A stretch of DNA of 64,000 bases from Albugo candida (Eukaryota), in the NCBI GenBank assembly GCA_040437565.1, contig JBDOQK010000062.1, forward strand, positions 124,001-188,000, written 5' to 3'. The notes beneath the pieces were generated by a model that was not told the origin of the DNA, did not search any database, and saw only the letters and a program-made list of their open reading frames with translations. Positions 32,319 to 44,237 of the stretch are shown here, piece by piece; position 1 is the stretch's first letter, and each line of letters opens with the position of its first letter. The position numbers and the translations under genes are program-made.

Positions 32319-33860
32319 ATGAGTGAGAGTGAAAATTGGTTCGAGGTTCGAGGCCTCGAGCTACTCAAAGCACGCAACAAGGTCGAAGTGGAGCCTTTCC
32401 AAGACTTAGTAACATCATATCAAAAGGTTTTAGCCTATTCTAACAGAAATCCCCCACGATTTATCGATGAGGCGAATTCGGATTCTATCAAAGGTGACAC
32501 AAATGATGCAGCCACACGGTATCTAACGACTATACAAGGATTAGAAAAAGAACTTAGCGTTAGTACTTCCAAACTTGCTTCCTTCGTGTCGGATCAACTT
32601 GCGATTGTCAAGGAAAATAAACAACTCGTTCAGGATCGTAAGCATTGGGAGAATCAGATCGAATTGTTTGTTAAACGTTTGGAAGAAGAAATGGTTATAA
32701 ACAAACACAAAGATCAAGTCATGGAACAACTAGAGCTTAACATCAAGACACTAAGAGAAGAGAATTCGCGTTTGCAACAGTTTGTACAAACAAAAGATAT
32801 CGAAACGACACGACTCAGCATGCAATTAGAAAATTACCAAACAAGAGAATTCCAGGATTCCAAAACTGATAGGTCCAACACTAGTACAACGCGATCAAAT
32901 GCAACACGAATAACAGAAATGCAATATCAAGACGACAAAAATGGAACTTCCTCCCGAGTTGTCAGCCAACTTACCAAAGTAGTACGTGCCCACGCTACAG
33001 AAGTCAATTCAATATGCTTCAATGCTTCAGGCAAAGTCCTCTTCAGTGCAAGCAGTGACGGCACTATCCGTGCGTGGGATTTAGCTTCCAACTTCAGGTC
33101 CATTGGAGAATACCGCGGATTGGGAACTGCATATCCCTTACTATGTGTCCGTGTTTCGAAAGACGGGGAATTTGTAGTTGGCACGGGAAGTGATCGCAAG
33201 AGTTTTGTATGGAGAGTTGGTACAGCCCGTGTCTTCCAGACACTCACCGGCCATAAAGGAAAGGTTGTAGCAGCAGCGTTTTCCTCTGAGTCTGTTCGAG
33301 AGATTATAACGGGCTCATCGGACCGTTCTCTGCGCATTTGGGACATTGTGAAAGGCTCGAGTATTCATACGCTATCTTGTACATCAAGCTGCAATGATCT
33401 TGAAATGACGGGCGGAATGATTGTCAGTGCACATCAAGACGGCTCGGTCCGATTCTGGGATCGGCGTACCAAGTTATGTGTAAAACAACTCGAATCGGTA
33501 CACACGGAAGCGGTGACATCAGTGAGCTTTACACCGTCAGGAACGCACTTAGTGACAAATTCGAAAGATCATACGTTAAAGTTGGTGGACCCTCGTACAT
33601 ATGAAATAGTGCGGTGCTTTCAGCATGCAACATACAAGTGCGGATTTGATTGGAACAAAGCAGCAATTACTCAGGACGGTCGACTTGTGGCGGCAGGTGG
33701 AGCATTAGGTTCAATTCACATATGGAATGCATGGACGGGGGAATTAGAACAGGAGAATCAGAATCAGTGTCCCGCTTCAGTCGCATGTTGTGTCTGGCGT
33801 GCGGATGGGCAACAGCTTGCTTGCTGTGACAAAAATGGATTTGTAACGCTATGGGGATGA
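32319..33860 (+). CDS. ATG16: Autophagy protein ATG16L-like (ATG5-binding helix, coiled coil, WD40)
   Basis: W....LKARN..E..PFQDLVTSY N-terminal helix, coiled coil, then 7 WD40 (LTGHKGKV, TGSSDRSLRIWD, SSCNDL, SAHQDGSVRFWD, NSKDHTLK). Confidence 0.85.
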   Translation: MSESENWFEVRGLELLKARNKVEVEPFQDLVTSYQKVLAYSNRNPPRFIDEANSDSIKGDTNDAATRYLTTIQGLEKELSVSTSKLASFVSDQLAIVKENKQLVQDRKHWENQIELFVKRLEEEMVINKHKDQVMEQLELNIKTLREENSRLQQFVQTKDIETTRLSMQLENYQTREFQDSKTDRSNTSTTRSNATRITEMQYQDDKNGTSSRVVSQLTKVVRAHATEVNSICFNASGKVLFSASSDGTIRAWDLASNFRSIGEYRGLGTAYPLLCVRVSKDGEFVVGTGSDRKSFVWRVGTARVFQTLTGHKGKVVAAAFSSESVREIITGSSDRSLRIWDIVKGSSIHTLSCTSSCNDLEMTGGMIVSAHQDGSVRFWDRRTKLCVKQLESVHTEAVTSVSFTPSGTHLVTNSKDHTLKLVDPRTYEIVRCFQHATYKCGFDWNKAAITQDGRLVAAGGALGSIHIWNAWTGELEQENQNQCPASVACCVWRADGQQLACCDKNGFVTLWG

Positions 33861-33907
33861 AGCTGATAAACTGAGAAAATGTTAATACATAGCAGTGATG
33901 TGCCGTG

Positions 33908-34433
33908 TTAATCCTTCAAATCGAATGAAATTCCACAACCACAACCACTACTTGCGTTTGGATTGTTTTGTACTACAAAGGCGCTTCGAATAAGTTGTTG
34001 TTCATATGTTAGTGTGCTTCCACGAATTAGATCCAGCGATACTTTGTCAACTACGACCTTACCCCCATGTTGATCGAACACACTAGGAAGCTTCTATAAG
34101 AAAACGGAAGGAAGGCATCGTGACTACGTACGTGTCCTCATCATTGTTTATGTTTGCGGCATCTTCAAAATTAAATGTGTACTGAAATCCCGAACATCCG
34201 CCTCCTTCGACCGCAAGACGAAGCATAAGATTTTCATTGTTCTGTTGTTGTCTGTTTTCGATCAATTTCTAAAATCATTCGTTAGTCCATTTAAACAACC
34301 CGTCAGACGCGTCTCGTACTTTGGCAGCATCAGGAGTGATTATCAGATCCGGTAGATTCGATGTCTTTGTTGAAAATCTGACTTTGGGAATTTGCATACA
34401 AAATATAAGTCGCTTTTGTACGAGGCGCAGCAT
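33908..34433 (-). CDS. ISCA2: Mitochondrial iron-sulfur cluster assembly protein ISCA2, 3 exons
   Basis: [55 protein letters not shown], with a basic presequence MLRLVQKRL. Confidence 0.9.
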
Positions 34434-34849
34434 TCTTTTTTACGCCCGATGACAAAAAATACAGCTCTTTTTTCACGTAATTTTAGTCTCCTTGCGTACT
34501 AATTTGTGGATGATGAAAACTCACTATAAGGAGTACTTGCTACTTATTTTGGACTTGGCGAATATTATTATTTATTGCTGTAATTAGATCATGTGACACT
34601 TGCCTGCGTGATGCACTTTTTTCTGTCGTATCTGATACAAGTCGGATCGAGTTGCCCTTACAAAAGTAGAAAGGTGAACAGAGCCAGAATAAATCATCTA
34701 AACCTGTCTCAGAAGAGACTCCTTGGGACAAGGGGAATCAGATAGAAAACGGGTGGGCGCCTTGTGATTAAGCGAGTACTTTCGTCTTTATGAATTATCA
34801 TATCAACTAATAGTCCACCCTCACACAGCATTCCTTGAGTGAACGAGGC

Positions 34850-35638
34850 ATGAGTACCTGCGCAGTATTTTCACACGGACATATGAGTCATTCCACATCG
34901 ACTGTAAGCGACAGTAACTGCGGCGATGCTATTACTTCGTTGTGCAACATGGCATCCTTACGTGACATGGGAAGATCCATAATGTACAATGAATCTCAAA
35001 GCGCATTTCGATTGTCTAATCTAGATACAACTCACGACCACGGGGACGATACCATTATGATTTCATTTGGGACAAATGGGTCAACTTTTGTTGTGCCTCG
35101 TGACCATACATTGGCCAAATATTTGCACCAACTTCTCCCAAGCAGTTCAGAACACACAACCAAGGATATCCCTCGAATCTTTGATATGAGGGCGCCTTCA
35201 ATAACGAGACGAAATCGAGAGTGCAAGTCGCCTTCTACTAGAAAATGTCACGTCCAAAATTGTAATAAAATATCGGTCAGCCGGGGTCTTTGTCGTGGCC
35301 ACGGCGGTGGTAGACGATGCCATTTTGCGGGATGTGCGAAAGGAGCTCAGTCGAGAAGTGACTTTTGTTGGGCACATGGAGGCGGTGAACGCTGTGAAGC
35401 CAAAGGGTGCATGCGAAGTCGCAAATCCAAACGATTTTGCGTTGCGCATTTGGATTACGAACAGGCTCCTCAAATTCTTCCTCGCAACATATTCTCTCAT
35501 CGTACACGCTACCGTACTAATATGTACCCACAAGAGCCGTTCGGTAGTCAGGTGAACTTCTGGTCAAATGCGCGCAGCGAAACTAATAGACCGAACAACT
35601 TGCCTAGCTTGCGCCAAGCCTTGCAACGACAATATTAA
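34850..35638 (+). CDS. HGGG-repeat zinc-finger protein ('WRKY19-like')
   Basis: CHVQNCNKISVSRGLCRGHGGGRRC..CWAHGGGERC..CVAH, three repeats. Confidence 0.8.
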   Translation: MSTCAVFSHGHMSHSTSTVSDSNCGDAITSLCNMASLRDMGRSIMYNESQSAFRLSNLDTTHDHGDDTIMISFGTNGSTFVVPRDHTLAKYLHQLLPSSSEHTTKDIPRIFDMRAPSITRRNRECKSPSTRKCHVQNCNKISVSRGLCRGHGGGRRCHFAGCAKGAQSRSDFCWAHGGGERCEAKGCMRSRKSKRFCVAHLDYEQAPQILPRNIFSHRTRYRTNMYPQEPFGSQVNFWSNARSETNRPNNLPSLRQALQRQY

Positions 35639-36281
35639 AAGCTGATTTCGAAGTAATCAATTAAGACATTCCATTTACATCATTATTATAAAGTGTTTGT
35701 GTATTCTGGTAAATAATAGAGTGAATGACAAACCCATCGCGAAAGAGCCGTTCACTGTTTTGACATCAAATCGATTGCCATGTCCTCGATACAGTTTGGC
35801 GGAATGTGTCGAGCTGGTTTTCTGTGGGACATTCGAAACATTGATATTGAGCAAGACAAGAAGAGGATTATAACGCTAGGTCAGATGTGCTGTTGACCAC
35901 TTATCAGATACCACCAATCGTAACCTCACTCCAATCTAAAGCCAATTGTAGGAGAGATTCAGAATATTTGCCAAATGGTATCATTGCTCCGAGCTCTCAA
36001 GATGCATACAATGCCTTTGGCAAAGAAAGCGTTTGATTCGGCTATCACCGAAGCCACATGCGATCGGCGATTGACAACACTTGGTGAGTATACAAAGGAT
36101 ATACTTGTGTTGAGATTTGACGACACCGTTCTGATGTACTTAATATCGCTCGCTTATTCCATAGGTAAAGTTGCAGAAACATAGTTTTGGATCTCAGAAA
36201 TCTATCTCAGCAGGTTCTATTTGGCAAAGTCTCCCTTGTCTTAACAAGCCCTCACAACAAAAGACGTAAACTGAGAAAAAT

Positions 36282-36354
36282 TGACCACGATGGGACTCGA
36301 ACCCACAACCCCCTGATTAGAAGTCAGATGCGCTATCCATTGCGCCACGCAGTC
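36282..36354 (-). tRNA. tRNA-Arg (anticodon TCT), intronless
   Basis: Reverse complement GACTGCGTGGCGCAATGGATAGCGCATCTGACTTCTAATCAGGGGGTTGTGGGTTCGAGTCCCATCGTGGTCA folds as a cloverleaf. It has an A box TGGCGCAATGG, a B box GGTTCGAGTCC, anticodon loop CTTCTAA and a T5 Pol III terminator immediately downstream. Confidence 0.96.
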
Positions 36355-36554
36355 TACTTTCCATACTAAGCACACAATACATTACTAATTTGAGAAACTC
36401 CAGTTCTCACCCTGTCGAAGATAATCGTTTCTATCGGTATGTAAAGCTTATCGATCGTTACATCGTCCCTTGTTGGCACCATGTCTCCTATTAGCCTGTC
36501 CACTAGATACACGTTGTCTGTAGAGGGTGCGTCCACATCCTCACCTCTAAAGTT

Positions 36555-39500
36555 GTGGTAATCGGCCAAGCAGAGGCCGGTATGGAGACTGAGACACCTC
36601 TCTTTCCCTTTCCATTTCCTGCCAATCAGCTAATAGCAATGGAGGCGGATGGGACGTTGCCGTCATCATCGTCGAAACCGGTTAAACAAGCAAAGAAATC
36701 CGGTAATCGACCAAGTCTCGCCGATATCTTGCAGGTGCAAGAAGAGATCCGAAAGGGTAAAGCTCGAACAAAGGCCCAATTTCAGGTTGAAATACCAAAA
36801 CCGTTAGCAGCGGATCTTCGTGCTATCGAAAAAGTCTTCACGGCCGAGCTGGAAGGTTTTGTCTCCTATTTTGAACGTAGCAAAACTATTTTCCATATCG
36901 GTGTCCAAGTAAGCAATCTTCCTAGAAACGGTTCAGGATCTAGTACCGAGACCACCGGCCCAAATGCCACGTTTCTTTGCTCAAGATCATGGCAATGCGA
37001 TCCTCAAAGGACTAAAAATTACAAAACTAGGCAACCATTCTTCGCTCCGAGAAGACGATATTCTCGGGTTCTATTATTTCTTGGACGTTTCCGGGATTGA
37101 ACGGGAATTTGTCCATCGAACATCGCATCAGTGCTGGTATTATTCAGCATGCGACACACTTTATGCTCATTATTCTCAAGCAGTGGCTACATAAACCATA
37201 GAGATGAGACTGTATTTTTACTCTACATCATGCCCGGTACCGCAGGTTCTGTCACGAAAAGTCTGCGAGTAGATAAGTATCGAGGGAAGATACTATCTTA
37301 CTCTCGAGAAAGGAGCTCCATTCTCTGCTGAGCGAATACGGATAAGACAGCGCAGTCACTACTGCTGACAGCTGTAGGGGACAACTCCGAAATCGCACAA
37401 ACAGGAACCAACGAAACCAATTCATCGGCGAGTAAAAAGCCGCAGCTGCCTGAAGACAAAAGAAGCACAATTTCCTTCAAATAGTGCTGATGGAACTGTT
37501 ATGGAAGACACAAAGACTGTTCTACTCAGTCCGAAACTATTCCTGGAGAAAATAGGCGCTTTAATACTTTTCCGCCGACTCTAACAATCCCTTCTCATGA
37601 AGCAAAAGAAGTAGACGTCCCTCAAACAACGACACAACAGGAACCGCGAAATGTGGCTACTGATCGCCAATATTACGATTGAACGCTTATTCGTCCAAGT
37701 AAGAAATGAAACGATCGGTTATTTGGAGTCCTGCGCATCATTGCAGAGTGCTTCAAACGAATAATTTGCTTCGGAATTTGCGCTCTCCTTTGCCGACGCT
37801 CTGCCTCAGCGAATGGTTTGATGCAAAATGAGACATCCCACTTTTGGTGAATTGGAAGTTCTCAAATTATCGAAGCTCTACCTTCTTGAGGAAGCATGCA
37901 TTTTGCAACTGAGAGGTAGAGGGGGAACAATAGCTAGTCGCTGGAGCTATTTCAATTCATTACTGAGTGAAGCTCGTAGGAGAACACATCGTGGAACAAC
38001 GAGACCATTCTTTTTCGTCAGTACAAATGGAGTCAAAAAGAACGGTCACCTTTTCATACAACACATACTATCGAAATACGCCATTTGTTGCGCACAAGAA
38101 ACTCACTTTCGCAACCGTCAACGCCTGGACACTTTTCAGTTCACTTGACTTCCACATTCAAAATATCATCTTTTTGTCAAAGATTCGAATAGTCTTCACT
38201 CTCATCCCGTTCGGGGAAGAGTAAGTTGTGTTATGGTAATCATTCGCCACGTATCTGAAACTGCACAAGCTCTTACCAATGGCTCTGTTCAAGACCGATA
38301 TTTGGTATTACGTTTAGAGACTTGGATCTCCTGTCTATATATACAACGTTTATACAGCATTTATTACAGCAACTCCAAGAAAGAGGAAGAAATAGATCTG
38401 AGTCATGCTCAAGCTGGCTTGGGGAAGCTGCGGCAGCTTTCCGACAATCGAATCAAGATCAAGAAAAAAAGATGTACGAGGACGTTCTTCGCTTTTATCA
38501 CGAATGAGTGGAGAGATCGTCCAAATATAATCAAGAATCCATGTTCGACAATCAGACAAAGAATACGGAGCAATTATCTCGCCACTTCTTCCGATCAGTG
38601 GAATCAACCTATATCGAGTACCTTTGGAAAAAAATTTGCTTCTCAATTGCAAGCTTCAACTCATATTACTCTTCTGTTTACAAATCACTGGGGTGGTATC
38701 GTGGGTAACAAAACAAAGTTCAGCTGGGATTCCTTTGCCTCCATGTGCGCAGCAACAAACATTAATTCAATCGATCACGAAAACATTATCCGGCTGTGAT
38801 GAACTAACAAACCTGGAGATTAAAGAAGCAATCAGACATAAGCGTGGACATTGATCACCTTGAACAGAGCAGATTACTTAATTGTCTGAGTTTTCACTGA
38901 TATGTGCTGTGTGAACAACTCTCATCTCGGTAATGTCTTCATACAGACTCTTCCGAGTTGATGGAAGAACGGAATAGTCCGACTTATGTTATTGAACAAT
39001 GAAGTTGAAACCCCGTCCGATTCGTCTCAATCAAAGTTTCACGCCGGTTGTACCTCCAAGCAACGCAAATTCTTCGACGAACTCAATCAGGTACAATTTC
39101 GTCGTGTCCCGACATGGTATTGGCCTCAACTCATCCGACTCAATCTGCCCTTCAACTCTCGATAGAGCATTTTTCTTTTCGACTATACTCCAAGATCAGC
39201 TTATTCGTGTCGCTAAAATGAATTGGCCCGGATAAACCGCACCGAATTTTGCTCCACGTACTAGAATGTGATCGAAGTGGGACTTCGACATGGATGAAAG
39301 ATTTTTACAAGCTATACAAACGTCTTCGCAGACGCTTGCTACCAATTGATTTTGGATATCCACTTCCGACTATTCTTTTGTATCATACCAGTTCGTACAC
39401 GACTTTCGGTTTTACAACAATCACATCCAGAAATCATCCTGTGCACTCCAAAGTACTGTGCTGAAGACGAAAGCTACCAACATTTGTTATCTTTGGTTTA

Positions 39501-39798
39501 CATTAGTCGCGCTTGCAATTCACTTTATTTGGACAGACCGGAACCGCAGGCTTTTCGACCTCGGCACGACATCTATCGCCTCTGTTGTTCCAGTAATTTA
39601 TTGCAGACCGAGTGCCCATATCCGATATTTTCAACGCCAGTGCTATGCTACGGAGCAGCCGAAGCAAATGAAAACGTATTAAGTCATATCAACATACTAT
39701 ATCGGCACCGTCAACTGCGCCACGCGGTCGATAGCATGATCATTGAGGTTAAAGGTCTCCGCGCACCGGCGAGATGCAAGCTGTGTATATGTAGATAG
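36555..39798 (+). mobile_element. Degenerate non-LTR retrotransposon (L1-like LINE) with internally deleted RT
   Basis: Frameshifted ORF1-like region (36555-37330); AP endonuclease remnants STNGVKKN..ICCAQETHF and DRYLVLR (38000-38340); linker EQLSRHFFR; RT entry LEIKEAIRH (about 38810) followed by loss of the core; C-terminal Cys/His knuckle CTPKYCAEDESYQHL and LWF..IHFIWTDRNRRLF (W..RN..F). Many stops and frameshifts. Boundaries are approximate. Confidence 0.75.
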
Positions 39799-39877
39799 GA
39801 AACTGAACTCGCTCACGCTTTCTAACTTCTATGCTGTGCGTTGTCTGTCGCATAAGTCGTGCCTTATCACCTCCGAA

Positions 39878-41554
39878 TCAACTTTGTACGCAAGATGATA
39901 ATGGTCCATGATGTTCCAATGTGAGGCAATTGTAAACGGGATGTAAAATACGTCGTAAAAAATACAGTCCTTTTGTTCTCAGAGGTCTACAATCTGCATG
40001 TTCGGATAGCATCGTCTCCCTAAGCTTTGTCAACGATGCGAGCGGAGTCGTGTCGATGTTTTCAACATCATTCAGATGGACAACTTGAAGTGCTGTCATT
40101 GTTTTCAGCGGTTCAATGTCGTCGATTGGTGTAGAACTTAAATTGATGAATTCCAATAACTTGAGATTACATAACGCTTCGAGACTGTAGATATTTGTAA
40201 AGCTCAAATCTAGCCACACCAGGTGGGTCAACCTCCCGATAGACAAAAGATCGAGCGGCATTTTTTGTGGAGCATCATAATGCACGAGCGCGCATGTGAT
40301 TTCCAATTTGATCAGATTTTTCAAATGAATGAGACTTGAGTAATCTCGAACAACCACGTCGCGAAGTCGGAGGACTTCAAGCGCTGGTAGATTTTTGAGA
40401 TTGGAGAGTTGATCGAATTGCACACACTCGAGTTGTAGTGTGAGTAGCTTCTTATGCTTTGTGGTGAAAGGTACATTGTCAAGCTTTTCGAAATTCCATC
40501 CCAAATAGAGCACCTTCAATTCGCTGTAGAGTGCGAGTAAATCGGAGACGCGATCTCCCATAGCATTTAATGCAAGCCATTCTAACTTTCTAAATGCTTC
40601 CAGAACCCGAACACGAGTGCGCCATGTCGAGATCGTCATGGATGGAAGATGCATTCTAGCCTCCAGACGACGCAGCCGCGACAAGTGACGTAAGGGAGTC
40701 AGCGCAGGAAGCTGGTGGACTGTAAACGACCAAATCTCATTGAGTATCAATTCTCGTAGTTGAGGAAGATGCCGGACGGGTTCCAAAGACGCTAAGTTCG
40801 ATCGCGACACGTTAAGGGAACGTAACGACTTGGAGCATTGTTCAATTCCAGCCAATGAATCCACTTGTGTCTCGGAGATATCCAATTCACATAACAGCGG
40901 CAGTGTGAATACTGGTGTCAAGTTAACAACGTTTGTTCTATACAAACTGACTCGCTGAAGCGTCTTGATTGTTTGAATCGGACTCAAATTCACAATATCG
41001 CTCTCACTCAAATCCAATGTGACCAAGTTCGAGAAACTCCCAAGCTGGTCGGCCACTGCACGTAGTGATCCCCTTAATCGTAAATGACGTATGCCCGAGC
41101 CTACATATCGAAAAAAATACCGACAATGGATTGGATTGAAGGATTCTATGGAGAGATTCCGGATCGCACTTTTGCCATGAGGCATAAAAGACTCTGAAAT
41201 TGTCCGCGCTGTAATTGAGATATTCCTCACATACGAAAGACAAGGAAGTGTGCTTAAATCGATATGATTCGTTCGAATTCGTAGTGTCCTCAGCGAGCAA
41301 AGCTTTGCAAGACACGCGACTTCATCCTTTGTCGGAGATTCTTGATGCGGGGATGGATCGGTGATCTCACTCGATAGATCACCGAGCTCAAGAGTCTTAA
41401 TACTTTGGAAAGTGACTATTTGTGGCAAGAGACGAAAGGATTCGATGGAAATAAATCGGCCAACGCGTGCGATCAACGCGCTCACATTTGAAAATTTGGG
41501 GAGAGATATTCGACTTTTTGTAAGGAACCACTCGCGTGCGATAGAATGCGCCAT
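39878..41554 (-). CDS. Leucine-rich repeat protein (internalin-like LRRs); 5' end uncertain
   Basis: Many LxxLxLSxTxIxxLxxL repeats (LVTLDLSESDIVNLSPI, LCELDISETQVDSLAGI, LVWLDLSFTNIYSLEAL, LEFINLSSTPIDDIEPL). No signal peptide or TM seen. Confidence 0.85.
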   Translation of the reverse strand: MAHSIAREWFLTKSRISLPKFSNVSALIARVGRFISIESFRLLPQIVTFQSIKTLELGDLSSEITDPSPHQESPTKDEVACLAKLCSLRTLRIRTNHIDLSTLPCLSYVRNISITARTISESFMPHGKSAIRNLSIESFNPIHCRYFFRYVGSGIRHLRLRGSLRAVADQLGSFSNLVTLDLSESDIVNLSPIQTIKTLQRVSLYRTNVVNLTPVFTLPLLCELDISETQVDSLAGIEQCSKSLRSLNVSRSNLASLEPVRHLPQLRELILNEIWSFTVHQLPALTPLRHLSRLRRLEARMHLPSMTISTWRTRVRVLEAFRKLEWLALNAMGDRVSDLLALYSELKVLYLGWNFEKLDNVPFTTKHKKLLTLQLECVQFDQLSNLKNLPALEVLRLRDVVVRDYSSLIHLKNLIKLEITCALVHYDAPQKMPLDLLSIGRLTHLVWLDLSFTNIYSLEALCNLKLLEFINLSSTPIDDIEPLKTMTALQVVHLNDVENIDTTPLASLTKLRETMLSEHADCRPLRTKGLYFLRRILHPVYNCLTLEHHGPLSSCVQS

Positions 41555-41961
41555 AAAGCGGCCGATACTTGAGACATTGAAGATCGTGCCAAGTGCAGCA
41601 AAGGAGGAGAATTTGCGCCAAATCCGAAGATGGATTTATTAAATAAAAGAGAAGCGCGTTGGAGCAGGCACTCACATGACAGTGCATGTTGAGGGAATTA
41701 TTGGTAGTGGATGCTCGTTTTTTAATCAGTTCTTTTGTCAAACGATGGAGAAGAAAAATGGGAAGCGCGACGTAGCGTGAATTTGTAATTAGTTATGCGT
41801 AGTATATGACAAGACGTAATTTTACAAAATAGAGGCGTGAGTATACATGAACCTTTACAAATTCGCACTTAAGGCACACGGACTTTTTGATTACGCATAC
41901 TTATTACACAAACACAACTAGAATCGGTTTACGTGTTCACAACACGCGATAACCTCAGAGA

Positions 41962-43907
41962 ATGAAATATTGGTTATATTTTGGAGTGAGTTTGATCGCG
42001 TGTGCGAGTCTTCTAAGCTACACTTATTTCACGCGGCATCAGTTTTATCCTGCTGTGATTTATTTGGTAACATCCAAATTCAGCCTCATCATTCTAGCCA
42101 ATACTGCTCTTGTATTGACCACATTTGCTGCGTACTTGCTCCAAAAAGTATTTTTCCGCGGGTTACGTGACGCAGAAGTAGAGGTATACACTTTCCACAC
42201 ATCCACGCAACATTCTCACATCATGGTCCTCGTAGCTTTTGCATGAAAATGTTCGATACGCGGTCACGGATTCTTGCTTGGCGCTGACGATATTTCGAGA
42301 AGAAATCAACTTTGTCGTCGGCGTTTTGTTCGTCTCAATGATATTCTCCAAAATTTTTCACTGGCTCACACAATCTCGTATTGAATTTGTATCGTATTGA
42401 ATTCATTGTCCTAGGATCAGCGCTGACGATTGTATCATGCGTAGATGGAGCAATCAGACGTAGTGACACGTGGCGCACATATCCGTCTAGTTGTACTGAT
42501 GTCTTTATTGGCGATTGTGGACGCTGCGTTCGTGATATTGTGCGGCAAACGAGTGTTGGAGCAAGGAGTTTCAGTGTTTATCCTTTTCGGCTTTGAGGTT
42601 GTCTTTTCATTTATAATCGCAAAAGGTTTTTTATTTACGGAAACATGCATTTCTGATTCCATTAGTTTTTGGTTTTGCTGGTGACACTGGTTGGATTGCT
42701 GCTACGATATGGCCTATTTGTGATCGACTCTAGGATGGAAGCAACCTGGACCAACAAATTTACGTACCTTTTCTACCTGGAACTCATTTCCGAGGTGATC
42801 AAACTGATCATATATCTGGTACGAGGAAAACAATTTTTCTGATTCAAAATTCTGAGCACTTGAGCTTTCTATTAGGTCTTCTTCATGCTGATTTTCAAGT
42901 TTTATGGCATGCCACTTCATATTGTGCGTGATTTGTGGCTTTCAATCAAGAATTTACAGCGTCGAATTGCTTCGTTTTTCCGATATCGAAAAATTGCTGC
43001 CAACCTGAATCAACAGTTCCCGACACCAAGAGAAGACGAACTGAATGACAACGATAAGACGTGTATCATCTGTCGGGAGGAAATGACAGTCGTCAATGCC
43101 AGGAAGCTTCCATGTGCTCATATCTTCCATATCGATTGCTTGCGTATGTGGGTACAACGACAACAGGTCAGACTTATCAGAAAATCTCTCGATTTGTGTT
43201 CCTATCAGTTCTCTTCTATCTAGACCTGTCCAACATGTCGATCAAATATCCCTTCTATGTCACGTCCACCTCCAAACACTACCACGCCCAATATACCACC
43301 AAGAGGTCCATGGGAACGACCTCAAGGTGCCCCAGAAGCTCTACATCAGAATCCAGTGACAAACGCGGCTCCGATTGGCAGTATACCTGCACATGTACCT
43401 CCTTTTCCACCAATGATACCACCCATCATGTATCCCTTCGGTATGTACCCACCATTTGGCGGGTTTCCGTATTCGGGAATACAACCTGGAGACGGCACAA
43501 ACCCGTTCCTTAACCCGATGATTCCGTCCATCGAAGAGATTCAGCGTCAAATCGATCAATTCCAGATGCAACTCACAGCTCTCCAAGATATGTCCAGACA
43601 GAACGGGGTGCATCCTGGTGGAAATACACACTCTGAAAGCAGTTCTGCGCCGGTATCTACCTCTGAAGAACGTCATATCGACCCAAATTTGGAAGAGAAG
43701 GCTCCGGTACCTCCAACTGCCCCGCCTCACAATCAAGACACAAGTGAAGCGGAAGAAGCGTCAACTACGAGCCAATATACAGAGACTGTGCTTACGGAAC
43801 GTACAGAGTCTATGAATGCTGCAGAGAAGCGACGAGAGGAGCTCCGACAGCGATATAATCGCATTTATTCCGATAGTAACAATCGTAATGAAAACGAGGC
43901 GCATTAG
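41962..43907 (+). CDS. HRD1: ERAD E3 ubiquitin ligase HRD1/synoviolin, 6 exons
   Basis: QFYPAVIYLVTSK, FFRGLRDAEVE, FHWL..RIEFMEQ, YGMPLHIVRDLW, RING-H2 CIICREEM..KLPCAHIFH..CLRMW..QQTCPTCR, and a Pro-rich tail. Confidence 0.95.
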
Positions 43908-44237
43908 GTCATACTCTCATGAATGATAACCTGTCGCGTTTTATATTGCGCGTATAGTAATACATGTGAAACTAGCAAGAACTTATGTAAAGGAGGGAAA
44001 GGAATTTGGCACGTACACGCTATTCATTCACGCAAAACTTATTGTTACATCGTGCGACATGGAGCAAAGGCGTCAAGAAAACCACTCTTGTTTTCTTAAT
44101 TAGTGGGCTCACATTAATCCAGAAGGTATACCGTCGCCAAACCGGTTCTGAAGTGTTGCAGGCGCGCAAAAAGATCAATCGAAAACGTAAAAGTTCCATT
44201 TCGCAAAAGGAAACGATCGCAATTTGCAAAGTAGCGA

